The position numbers were made by a program, and so were the translations under genes. The notes under the pieces were generated by a model. That model made no database searches and had not been told where the DNA came from. It saw only the letters and a list, made by a program, of their open reading frames with translations. 64,000 nucleotides of DNA. Origin: Raillietiella orientalis. Lineage: Eukaryota. The stretch is taken from the NCBI GenBank assembly GCA_036172245.1, contig JAYWIR010000040.1:1798001-1862000 (forward strand), written 5' to 3'. Below are positions 1 to 12,600 of this stretch, in pieces. Each line of letters starts with the position of its first letter. The first letter of the stretch is position 1.

Positions 1-399
1 GAGGTTCCCTCCAGACACACGGTGCTCCTCCGTCCCCACAGAACGGAACTCTTGGAAGGCCTGCGCGGACCAGTTGGAAGGAGAACCGTTGGTCTGCCTG
101 CCTTTGAGGCATGTACAAGCCCGTGAGGACTTGGGTCACGTTTAAGGAAATGTGTATTGTGCAGAGCGCACGAGATTGGATGTGAGGCATGTATCTTAGC
201 GTCCTTTGGCATTGGATGATGCCTTCAAACCGGGATGCTGGCGAAGAGCAAGAAAGGAAGTGCTCCTAGAGGTCGTTTTCACATGAAGCTATCGTACAAG
301 CCGGATGCTGCTGCAGCGCGCAACCGCTGCACTCTGCATCACTGGATGCACTTGTGCATTTCTTGCATCTGGGTTATTACAATAACTATTGCTGGAATG

Positions 400-2010
400 G
401 CTCTGGAGAACCTTCCACGAATAATGTTTCCTCCGTGTTCTTCACGGTTCCTCGGTGCTCTCTTCCGGGGTGAGAGCACGGTCCATATCATCTGGTTGGG
501 CTGCATTTTTCCTTCTTACATGCGCTGCATAGATGCTACTTGAGAAGCAGGTGGCTACCATCCGCTGCCGTATCCTTATCAGCTTCTTCTTCGGAATTCC
601 TAGGTATTGTAGAACGTTGTCGTTTTCAGGATCCCATGCTCCAAGTGGGACGATAAGGACCTCCTGCACTTTAGTTGTCTTCCCAGTGTTTCCGAGTTGC
701 ATGGCGACATCCTGGTATCTGGCCTCCCTTCCGTTTTCAAATGGGCAGGAGACGTCCAGCACACCTATTCGGTCGCTTTTCTCTAACGCATCATTACTGA
801 CTCAATTGAAATGTTTTGAAAAGCATCGTGGATCATTCCGCCGGGAAGAACACAATGATAATGAAAAGAGGGCATTGCAGGAAGCCGTTTCCTCCTCCAG
901 AACGATGTCGAATTCTGAGCAGGGGAACAATGTGTACAGCAATGTTGCCACTGCCCTGACGACAAGCGAAAAGAAAGCAACCTCGTTGTTCGAGCGCGCC
1001 GAGAGCGAGTGATGCTGTCTGATACATCACGGTGTCCTGTGCTTTGCTCCGTGGAAATCGATTCAGGTCGATGCATGAGGGAAGATGCCGTTAGCAGCGA
1101 TGACTAAAGGATCGCATTCCTATCGTCCTGATTCAGTCTTCTTGGAAACGAAAATAGTTCACCGAAGCCCCCTGGCAAAAAAAAAAAAAAAAAAGTCTTC
1201 TCACATTGGGAGGATCAACTGAAAGTGGTGTTTTCACTTTAATTGTGGGAACAGCACGGCTCCATTCCAGAAGAGAAACTGATAAGGAGATGCTTCCTTC
1301 CTCCCATCGGTCGTATTTCAAAATCTGCCTCATTACATTGTTTTTTTTTTAAAAAAAAAAAAAGAAAAAAACGAAACAGGAGCGCAGCAAGAAGAAAGTC
1401 GGTGCACCTTCGGTCAGGAACCAGCTTCTTCACGCGTATCTAACTCAGTGGAATCTGGTGATGGTAAGCTTGTGCGCCTCGTGATGGTTTCCTTTCCGGA
1501 GATAAAGGGAAACCCTCCAGATCCAGCCCGATCCGTACCTAGCTGAAAATGGGTTCCTCCGCCCTTGCACGTTCCACGTCGCGCAATGTAAATCTCGTCA
1601 ACAGCGCGCACACTGCACACACCCTGGAAGGATCGAATCACACGTAGTATTGCCGGTCGACTGTTCCCGCTGCAGCAGGCAAGGCGTTCCAGTTTCCAGT
1701 GGGTCCCGTCCGTACGCTCAACCCATCGATTCAACACTGCTGCGTCACAAAATAGGGGAGGGAGGGGGAGGAGGAAAAGTCCTTCGGGATTTAAGGACAG
1801 ACCACGCCGCATCGGACTCACGAAACATGTCTGTCGGAAGAGAGAGAGAGAGAGGACCGTTCCGCGAAGTCGGTGCTTCAGTGGCTCATTATGTGATTTG
1901 GTTTGCGTAAGTATTGAACAAACAAATGGACAGCCGCCCTTCCGCTTGAACGAGGAAAACGCATTTTCAAACAGCGCTTTCACGGGCCGGTTGTTGTTGT
2001 TGTTGTTGTT

Positions 2011-2043
<33 letters not shown>

Positions 2044-4450
2044 TTTGGAAGACTGCGTTTCCATCGCGGGGGCTTTCCGGTTTGCAGGAGTCGGGAACGA
2101 ACCGATAAACAAAGTTGCCGCGGCTCAGAAGCTCCGGCGTTTCCGTTTGGCACGAATGCAAGATGACCGCACTGGTTCCATTCTCACCCGGGTGCTCCGG
2201 AGCGTTTATTTCAGAAATAAACGAGAACTGTGGTGGGACCGGTGGTCCAACCACGCACAATTTAGAGGGGACCTGCCGGGACACCGGTTCGCAGACCGGC
2301 GCGGTCCACCGCGGCAGCAGAGGGGAGGGGGAAGCAAAAAGGAAAAATAAACACACTTTGGGGGGCTGCGGGAAAGGGTCACGTCCTGCCGGTGACGGTC
2401 CTGTCCACCCTCTGCAGGATGCCGGCAAGGTCTTGCTGGATAATGCTGTCCAGGTGTGGGGCCGTCGCGTTGCCATCCTGATGAAGCGGACGGCGAAGAG
2501 GATGACATCCCTATCGCTGCATCGCTCCAGGCAGCCACGATCCCACGTAGGCAGCACAGGGCTGCCAGCGAGACCGCTGGCCGAAGGGCGTTGCGAACGA
2601 AGAGGGGTTTCAAAGCGTTCCTGGAGTTGCCTCCGGGGTTCCCAGAGACGCGCCAAAGCGTTTCCCTGACTCCAGGATCCCCAGGAGCGTCAGCGTGCGA
2701 ACAGGAAGCGACGCATCTGTTCCATGCGTTGCTCCTGGATCCTCGCTCACGTGATAACGGTTTCCTGTGGCCAGGCAATACCGTTCGAAGGTTGACAGGA
2801 GATCCATCCCGTGTTCCTCCTCGTCAGCGTGGCCACTCGCCGAAGCTGCGATCCGCAGCGAATTCGAGAAGGCTTTGTGTTTGCTGACCGAAGTGGAGAT
2901 GGTCTTCTTCGCTTAATTGGGTCTGCTTGAAACATAGAACGAAATAAAATGCAGAACCCTTTCATCTCGTGATGCAACCGTGTTTTCCCCTGAGCAGCAC
3001 TTTTCTTGCATTGCGGAATGAGCTGCGATCTGAGGGAGGGAGCTGTTCGAGATCCTGTGAAGATGCAAATGAGATGCAGAGTGTTGTGAAATACGCTGCA
3101 ACAAGGAGCTCGCGGCAACTTGGAAACCGGTGAGAAGGAAGAGGAGCATAAATAACCTCTGCTGAAATCTTCCTTTCCCCCCCCCCCCCCCCCTCTTCCT
3201 CTTTTAAGCATTTTTCAGGACTTCAAGATTGCAGAGCTAAAAAATGACAGTGTAGCCGGATGAGGCTTTCAAAAGATGCCTTTCTATTCTTCACTTTCAG
3301 GAGGGCGATACGGACACCAGTTTAAGGCGCGTGGAAATTCACAGATCTTCTGATCTCCTTGCACTTCTTGCATTTGCAGAGCAAACAGCTGAACGGCGTG
3401 AAGAGGAGGAAGAAAAAAGGAAAAAAAAGGGGAAAAGGAACAGGCGATCAGACGATCCTTCCGAGAAGGAAAAAATGAGGCATTTTCTCGAATGAAAAAG
3501 AGGCGTTCGGATGAGGAGGGAGCAACGAGCACGTGCAAACAATAATAATTATTGCCAAGGGAAAAAGGCCATTCTCGCAGCAGTGAGAAAAAAACCCCTC
3601 TGTGCTGAGACGCTCGCGATAGAGGGCGCAAACGTCAGGGTAGCCAGCCAGCTTAGCTGCAGGCAGGAGAAAGTCAAGGTTTGTTGGGCCCAACGAGGGG
3701 GCACCCCTTCCCATCACCAGCGCTCCCACATGCCTGCCGTTCTCGTGTGCGGAGTTTCAGGCTGATGGGGGGCGACGGGATGGTCGCGAGGGAGGCCGTA
3801 GGGCGTCCGAAACACCGGTTATCGCGCGTGACACCCTGCGCGCCGAGCTGAGAGGATACACACGTACCAGGGATGATGGCGCCAGGCGCTCCGTACCCTG
3901 GGGGAGGGCAGCTTTCCTGTTTCGCGGCTGAGACGACTTCTGAAAGTGAACGTCCTGCAGGTTTGCCATGTGCCACGGGGAGGGGGGGGGAAGCCGCTGG
4001 TGTAGCGACCATGAGTGCCGTCGTCGCGGCGGCGACTGGATGCGCCCTCTCCCACGCGGTCAACTCGGGTTCCGCGCGCGAATCGGTAGCTCCGGCAACC
4101 GGAGTTCCATTGCGGACAGCGCCAGTTGCACTTCTCGCGAGGGTGTCTGATTTCCCGGTGCTTCGGACGAGTCACCCATCCCATTTCCCCCCTCCCCCCT
4201 CCCCCGCGAGAAGCCGGATGAGGACTCTCGTCATCGCCAGCTGTTCCCCCCGCATCTGTCTGGAGCTCGGCCGCAGCCACTTGAGGCGAGTCTCCAGGCT
4301 CGCCTACCTAGCGGGAAAGTGCGGATGTGCCGCGCCATCGTCTATTGGGAGTTGTCGATGCGAAGGTAATGGCAAAAGCCACAAAATGCTTCCTCGCTCT
4401 TGGGGGCCAGTTCAGTGACGCTGAAGATAAGTGCACATGTTGCAAAGATC
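400..4450 (-). mobile_element. decayed RLE-type non-LTR retrotransposon (R2/NeSL/Utopia/R4-like)
   Basis: ORF 442-762 DVSCPFENG...RYQDVA...VPLGAWDPENDNVLQYLG is a clear RLE C-terminus. Frameshifted RT-like motifs lie at ~2300-2800 and a Cys/His finger-like stretch at ~4100-4200. Interrupted by microsatellites; ends approximate. Confidence 0.75.
1990..2044. repeat. compound trinucleotide microsatellite (GTT)n(GTC)n
   Basis: Directly visible. Confidence 0.95.
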
Positions 4451-5397
4451 CCAGATGGCGCATCTCATATTCAGTGAACAAAAAGATTAAAAAAAAAAAA
4501 AAAAAGTGTGCGTGCGGGAAGGCAGCAAAAGTGGTGCGAAATGCAGGAGCACAGAGGCTACCCGGTGAAGAGAAGTTTGCGGGACTCTTTCTCGTATCCC
4601 CAAAAGTTCCTCAACGCAAGAGAGGCGTTCGCAAGATAGCGCTCGTGGCACACACACCGCAGCAGCTGGTCGGAGGCAGCGTCACTCCTGAGCTCTGGCG
4701 TTGGGTGCGTAGGATTCTGGGATTCCCGCGAGTGGAGCAGGGATCGGATGGGTGGGATTGCACGTGGAGTCTCCCTGGGCGTTCGGCCAGTGCGCATCGG
4801 GCCGCGCGGAAGCCTGGACCGCCTAGTGCCACGACGTAAGAGGCAAGGCCAAGGTGGCGGCTACCGCGTGCCCGCGGCCACGACCTTGCTGCCCTTGGGA
4901 GTCCTCGGGAGAGCTGGTTGGTCGGCATCGAAAAAAAAAGGATGAGGCGAGCTGCAAAACCAGGAGCTTCCCCCAAGTATCTGCCCGCTTTCCTCGCCGT
5001 GGCCTTGAAAGGGAGCACTGAAAGGCAACCAACTCCCAGCTCCTCTTCCTCCCTTTGACAGTCATGTTTATTATTTGCGCTTGCAGGGTTCATTTTGGAG
5101 TTTTCCCTCTTCCCTTTTCTTGCTTTTCGGGATCGAGGTGGGGGTGCCCTTACGGTGCGAAAGGAAGGTCGACTCTTTGTCGAACAGAAAAGGGAGACAC
5201 CCAGGAGCATCCGAACATGGCACGTCCGTCTCTGGTGGGTGGAGCCCCGTTCGGACGGGTGCCCTGCTGCGCGCTTTCTTCCCGCGGGGCGCGCGCCAAA
5301 CAGAGGAATATCACAGAGGGCACCACCGCCAGCTTCGCTTCTCCCCGAAGCGCTGGTCCTCAGATCTTTGCAGAGAGGCCGCCACCACGGAGAGCGA

Positions 5398-6580
5398 TCA
5401 CTTGCGGGCTTGCAGCTTCGCCTGAGGACCAGCTGCAACATAGGAGAAGACGCAAAGTACCGAATAACAGATCTGATCAGCCTAAGGTAAACAAGGGACA
5501 CACGTTAGCGCGATGAGCACGCAGGGCCGCACATCATGCTTACATAAGAACGCGGTCAGTTCAACGTGACGTGCAGTTCAAGCAAAACATGGGAGGAGGG
5601 GATGCAACAACGAGGCTGAGAAACGGAAGTATGCGTCCAGCAGAGGAAGAAGAAGCAAAGGAAAGCATCAGGTGCGAAGAAGTCATCTGAGGTTCATGCA
5701 TGGTCGGCGGTATGCAAGCGGGGATGCTGGAGGAGGGTTGTTGCTGCTGCTGCTGCCGCCGTCACATGCGCCTTGCATGCTGCACAGAGATGACTCGGTG
5801 GAGGGTCAGCAAGATTGCGTGTTCCTAGACAGACATGCAAGCAATGCATAGAGGGCTAGCCAGTAGCCAAATCGCGCCTTCGTTCTTATTTGTTTCGCGT
5901 GCATGCGTTTTTTTTTTCGTTTTTTTTTCTTTCTTTTCTTTTCTTTTCTTTTTTCCTCCGATAGAGGTTTGCTCGGCAATCTGGGCAGGAGGCAGGCCAA
6001 GAAGTTGGGGAAGGGGAGGGAGGGAGGGAGGCATGCGAGGAAAGCAACAGGGGCAAACCCACCATGCTCGACTTGTAGCTCCTGTGGATGTTCCTTTTCG
6101 TTTTGCGATCTGCAAAAGAGAAAGAGGATGTTGAGGAGGAGGAGCCAAGGAACGGCCGCCGTTGCTGCGGTCTCCCTCGCACGCGCACACACCCGCGTTA
6201 GTCAGGCACGGCATGCTGCCCAACCCATTACCACTAACACCTCCGAAAATGCACGCGAAACCCTCCCTCGACCACCTGCACACCCTTCCCCCGGCTCCTG
6301 GACTTACTGTATTCCTCCAGGACGAAGATCCCGTTCCTTTGGGTGAAGCACTTGCGAATGTTCTCGAGGCGGATGAAGAACTGAAAAAAAGATTGGCAGA
6401 CATTTTAAGACGAGGACGAGAAAGGCACGACCGGAAGTGGAAAATTCGAGTCAAACTACGGTGAAGGGAGAGAGAGAGAGAGAGAGAGCACGCGAGGCAT
6501 GCATGGCTACTGTGGGCGGGGCAACCAAAACGGCAGGAAGGAAGGCCGGGAAGTGGAAGAAGAAAAACCAAACGGTGGAC

Positions 6581-6614
<34 letters not shown>

Positions 6615-9600
6615 CGGAAAAGGAAGGGAACGAAACAAAAACGAAACAATCATGGTGCGAGAGGTCAGCAACACGTGAGATAATGAATGATAACAGTCCT
6701 ACGCAGTCAACAAAGGAAAGCCCAGTAATGCGTAGGAAGTTTTTAGAGATGGTCTACTGCACTTTCTAGAATGTCTAAAAACTGAATGAGGGGGGCAATC
6801 ATGCTTTTTTTTTTTTTTTTTTTTTTTAGATTTTTTATTTTTATTTTTTGGCTTTTTATTCTACTTCATCTCATGTCATGGCAATCCATGTCTGCCTTTA
6901 GTTACTACTACTACTTCTACTACTACTACTACTACTTCTACTACTACTACTACTACATTTTTTTGCTTTTTTTTTTTGTTGAAAAAAAATTATATTTATA
7001 TATATAGACAGACAGACAGACAGACAGACAGAGAGGAAGATGTTTTTTGTCAGTGGGCTCTCTGATGCAGCAGCAGCAGCAGCTCTAACAAAGCCGGTGA
7101 CAAAAGAAAATACAGCAAACACTCTACCTCGAAATCCTTCAGAAGGCATGGAGGACAGAGACATCGTTGTAAATCACTTGCAAATGGAATGCTTTCTTTT
7201 GTTTTGTTTTGTTTTTGTTTTTTCTTTTCTTTTTTTTTTTTTTTTTCTTTTCTTTTCTTTTTTTTTCTGTAGTAGCACAAAGGACCATCTCGAAAATTTC
7301 CTAGGCCCCCTTGGGACGTGTTTTCAGGAAAAAAAAAAGCAAAAAAAAAAAAAAAAAAAAAAAAAAACAAAGACAGCCAGCTACTCGCGGGATGATGCAC
7401 TGTGAGCGCCGTCGGCGCCACAGAGCATCGGCGCGAACAGCCAGCGCATGGGGCGGGGAGGAGCAGGGGGGATGGGGAGCCTCCAGGAGTTGGAGAAAGA
7501 GATGAGAGGGAGGGAACACCCGTCAGTTCACGTGGGGCAGAGTAGGGAGGAGGACACTAGGAAAAAAAACAGCAGAGCAGCAGCAGCGAAGACAGGAAGA
7601 GGACCCGACTTGACCCTCCCTCCCTTCCCATCCCACCCCTCCACCCCGGGTGGTTTATAGAGGAAGAAGGAGATGGGAAAATCAAACAAAGAAAAGAAGA
7701 CAGAGAGAGGGGGGCGGGGGAGGGGGAAGGGAGGGACCACTGCCTCGTGTCCGTGTCTCGTGCTCCGCGCGCGGGGAAGAGCACGTGGGGCGGGGCAGCG
7801 GATGGCCCGGAGGCAGCGACCCGGAGAACGACCCTTCCCGTGGGAGCGGGGCACACACGTTCCTCGTAAGCTGAAGGAAAGTTTGAGAGGTCCTTGGTGG
7901 AACAACATTGCATCTCCGCTTTGTCTCTCTCTTGCTCAAGAAGAGAAACAAGCAAAAACAAAAGCAACGTCTTCACGGCTGGTGATACCACTTCGGGTGC
8001 ACCGTGAAGACCTGCGCACACCGTTTTGGGTGTTTCCAAGTGCCCGCAGGCGAACAGACGCGCGAAGCAGATGTATGTACAGATGTATATACATATACGG
8101 GCGCGTGCGTGAGCCTGCAAAGTGGCGGCAGCAGCAGCGGACGGAGCAAAGGAAGAGGACGAACCTTGCTGTTGGCGAACAGCAAACCTACTCCCTCGAG
8201 GCACACCTGCAGCAGTCCTCCTTCCCCGGTCTTCAGGTCCTGGACCGGGAACTCACCTCCTAACTCCACACCGGGGAGGCTGACGTGGCCCCTGGACGCG
8301 GCCTTCTCCATCACCTCCTTGATGCAATGGAACAGGTGACGGCACTGGGAGAAGGGCAGGGCCAGGATGGAGAGGTGTGGTTCCCCGACTTCCCGCCTCC
8401 CCCGACCCCTTCCCACCTTTCTGGTATAGTACTTGTGCAGCTGGGTCTCGCCCCTGCACTTCCTCCAGAGGCACAGGATGTGGTTCTTCGGGTTGTAAGT
8501 CATGTTGACCACGCGCTCGAACCACCACCGCTCGTCGATGACCCCGTCGGCAGTGCGCAGGATGAGGCCGTCGTCCCTGACCTCCAGGAAACGGAGGTCT
8601 CCGCGCTGGTCGCCCCCGAGGTGGACGGCGAAGCTCTGGTGGCTGATGTGCCGCGAAGGCAAGGGCTTCAGGTCGATGGCGTTTCCGCTCTGGGTGAAGA
8701 AGGGCAAGTAGAAAGGGAGCGAGGGAGGTCTTCCCCTCCTCCTCCTCATCCTGAGCGCGGAGGTGGCGTGCACGCTTACGAGGTAGTCCACACGCTCCAG
8801 AAGCTCGCTGACTTCCTGGCTGTACACCAGCCCGATGTGGCTCTTACCCAAGAGGCGCCGGACCTTCTTCTTCAGCTCAGCGCGGTGGACGTTCATCATG
8901 ACCATGAAGGACACGAGGTTGTACAGCATGTTCGACAGCAGGCGGTCCTCGTCGTGCTCCAGCCTCTTCCTCTCGACTTCTCCCAGGGAGTTGTACCTGA
9001 AGGAGAAGAGAGAGGTCACCTCGCGTCCGCGGTCGCACCAGTGCGCAGAGAAACGGTATCAGCACCTCTCCATCATCTCTCCGGGACCCTGGTCCATGCC
9101 CACCATGTCCCTCTCCTGGGAGACGGAGTCCAGGAACATGTCTTCCCAGAACTGCATCTGCTGCCACAGGGACGACCGCTCTTTCTGCAGGAGTCCTTCA
9201 ACAGAACACGGAGTTTCCTTCCCTTCCTTGCGGTTCTCGCCCGTCAGCAGCAAGACAACAGAAAGAACTCTCCCTCCCTTCTCTTTCTCTCTTTTTCTCT
9301 GCTCCACTCCCTCCCATTTACTTTGCAAGTGGAGGAGTCAGTCAACTGACCTTCATAGAGGTACGTCCTCACGCTGTCCGGGCTCACGGAAGCGCTCAGG
9401 AAGCCCCTCTCGGGGAATCGGAAGACCGGAGTCAGGGACATCTTGCTGCTGTTGTTAATCATCCTCTCGTACTGCGGCGAAGGAGAAGATCAGCTGATCA
9501 GCTGCACTTGCGCCAGCGGAGGTTGGACACCGGCCATCCCTCTCACCCATGCTCACGAGCTCAGCTGCCTCCCTGGGCGAAGTCCACCAGGAGACAGCTG

Positions 9601-12600
9601 GCTCCGCGCGCGCGCGCGCGCTCACCGCTTGGTTCTGGTCCAGCTCACTATCGGAGACTGCGGACCTGGCGTGGCCGGAAGAGCGCCACTTCTTCAAGAG
9701 GATGGGGTTGCTCACGAAGCCGCCCTTTTCCGAGGCGCTGTCCCCGTTGCTTCCGCCGGCCTCGCAGGTCTGGAGCTCCCGGGAGTCGCCCCAGCTCAAC
9801 GGCGCTGCAGGCTGCGGGGGCGCCTCCCCATCCGCGCATGTCAGCTTGGCGAAGAACTTCTGCCTCTTCTGGAGGAGCAGCTCCTTCAGGATCCCCACTG
9901 TCGACTGGTCTCCGGAGCCTTTGACCTGGTTCGCGCCCTGCCTGACCAGCGGCAGCACAGCGTCTGGAAGAGGAAGGAAAGGACACGATGTGAGACCCAG
10001 CGACTCTGGATCCGATCCCTGGGAGGTCGCTCTGGCAGCCTTCGCTTGACACATGACCGGGGCACCGGTGAACCGCACGGGAGCGAGGAGCAGCGCGTTC
10101 CGGCTGCTTCCCGTATAGACCATCGAGGCGGTAGCTCTCACTGCCTAACACCGAATTGCGCCCACGGCAGGTTTGCGAGGGATGGCACTCATGTGCTTCG
10201 TGCTCGCCGGGAGGCAGAGGCCGGCCTGTGCCTCCCGGCGAGCACGAAGCACCGCCGGCTTGACATGGGAAGGAGGGGAAGGGAGAGCCTTAAAGAAGAA
10301 CGGAGCACGTTCGCCGGATACACAGGGGAGCTGAGCGCACGTACAGGGTCTCCCTTTGAGCCTCAAGTCCTGCATGGGGTGTGGCGCTCCCGAGTGGTTA
10401 TCAGTCTCCAGAGTGAGGAGCAGGGGGAGAAATGGGGAGGGGATGTGGTGCGCGATGAGGCCGGCGGGTTGGGAGAGCCCTGCGCAGAGAACGGATGGAG
10501 AGGCAGTTCACCCGCGCGTGTCTGAGGACGACGGGTCCATGCCGGAGGACTCACGCTGTTGCACGAGTAGGCACGTTCGCACGCGCACGCACTGCATGGC
10601 GGTCGCGGGCACAAGCACATCGAGGGATGCCGGAATGGGGTAAGGCGACCGCCGAAGGAAGCGCCGCGACGGTGGTGGCCCTCGCGCGCATGCTAGCTCG
10701 CCTCGAAAGGGAGAGGAGGGGGGGAACAAACCCTTCAGGAGGGAAGGAGGGAGGGCGGACAGACCCCTCCCCTCGCGGAAAGGGAGAGGAGCGCGCGACT
10801 CACGTGACCGGATCACTTCGAGGGGTGAGGCGCGCGTACACTGGCAGAAGGGAGGGGAGAGGCGAGATGCGGACAGACGGACGGACGCACGGGCGAGTCT
10901 GCGGACGGTAGGAGGCCGAGGAAGCGGGGGAGGAAAAGGTGCGTGCCCTGCGGACCACCCTACCTTTGGCTGCATGCGGCAGACTCTCGGCGGACTGAGA
11001 CGTGTGGTAGGCGGCGGCGAGGTTATCGTCGCTCCCATGGCAGCTGGCGCTCTGGAAGCAGCCGGGCAACAGCCAGTTCCCCCCTTCCGGTTCTCTAGAA
11101 CCCCCCACTGCCCCACCTCCGAAGGAAGGGAGCTGGTGCATTCCGACGACCCAGACTCGCCGAGATCCCGACTCCAGTAGTGGGTGTGGCTGATCTCGAG
11201 CAGCAGGTAGGAGGACGCGGTGCCTCCCAGGTTGTAGTTGGCGTAAGTCTGCTCTAGGCCGCTCACGACCGCCTGAAGGACCTTCAGCATTCCCTTCCAC
11301 GTGGAAATCTTTACGCACTGCAATGGGTGAAAGAAAGGAGGGGAGAGGGGGTTCAGGCGCTTACCACGTCGTCCACGTGGTCGTCGGGAGCGATCTTCTT
11401 GTCGAGAACCATGTTGAGGCCACTGACCACGTAGCTGCGATAGCTCTCGTCTTCCATAAGCTTCTTCAGCCGACCCAGCTTGAGCCAACCGATCCCGTGA
11501 CCTTCAAGGACGTTGTTGATCACCTGCAGGGAAGAGAAGAAAGGGAGGTGGGGGACTCCCTTCTGGTTTGCGGAACCACGCTGACCTCCCTCAGGAATGC
11601 CTGGTTCTCGTTGGTGGTGCTGACAGAAGCAGCGGACGAAGCGCTGCCGGTGGAGGACGCCGCCGACTTCAAGGAGGTTGAGTCGCTGTGGCGGATGAGC
11701 CTCGACTTCTCGGAGGATCCTATTTTGCCTGTGGGAGGAGAGGCGTCCTCCTCCCGCGGTCGGGGAGGGGAGGGAGCGGCAGTCAAGTCCCTTCGAGAAA
11801 TGCAGAAGTTTGCCCACCTGCGAAGAAAGGGCCGAAGGGGGGGGAGGAGGAAGAGCTCTCCTTCTTTCTGGAGGGTTTCCTGTCGGGAGTACCTTCAGTC
11901 GCCTTCTGGCAGGACTTGGAACCTGAGGACCGAAACCGAGCCGGAGAAGGCCGTGGTCTCCACCACGCGACCCTGTTCCACCACCACCATTCCACCTCCA
12001 TCCCCTCCCCGCGACCCCAAGGAACCGGGAAGTGGTGGGAATGGAGGTGGAAGGGGGAAGGGCACAGGAACGCCACTGACCGAAAAAGTCGTTGAGCATG
12101 GACGTCGTCTGGACGGCCAGGTTGTCCAGCTCCGACCCCATATTTGCCAGGAACTTGTGGGACGACTCCGAAGACAACGCAGCTGCTGCCCCCGGGTCCT
12201 CCGTAGAGGAGGCGAAGGGATCCTTCTGGTGGTGGTGATGATCCCTGCTATCACCAGTGTTCTTGAGGAGCGGAAAGGAGGGGAGGACGAGAGCCGTGTT
12301 CACAACAGGTGCCCCGCCCGGCTACCTTCAACAACCCCTTCTTGACCGCGGTCTCCATAGCTGACTTAGTGAGGTCCTCGAATGTGCTGCGCCCGGCCAC
12401 GGTCAGCTCGTCCAAGGTCGACCTGCCTGCCTCGGCAGCTTGCCTGCTGACCTCCAAGGCGCTCCTGGATACCTCCCTGGCGGACTTGGATGCCCTCTTG
12501 GCATGGATGGTCAGCTGCAAGGGTAGTTGTAATGGGTACGTCGCCAGAGGAGACGGCAAGATCCACCTTGTCCATCTTCTCCTTGAGTCCACCCTCCTGA

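Noticed and set aside
5806..7519. Poly-K/F/Y/S ORFs
   Set aside because: Translations of intronic microsatellites and homopolymers.
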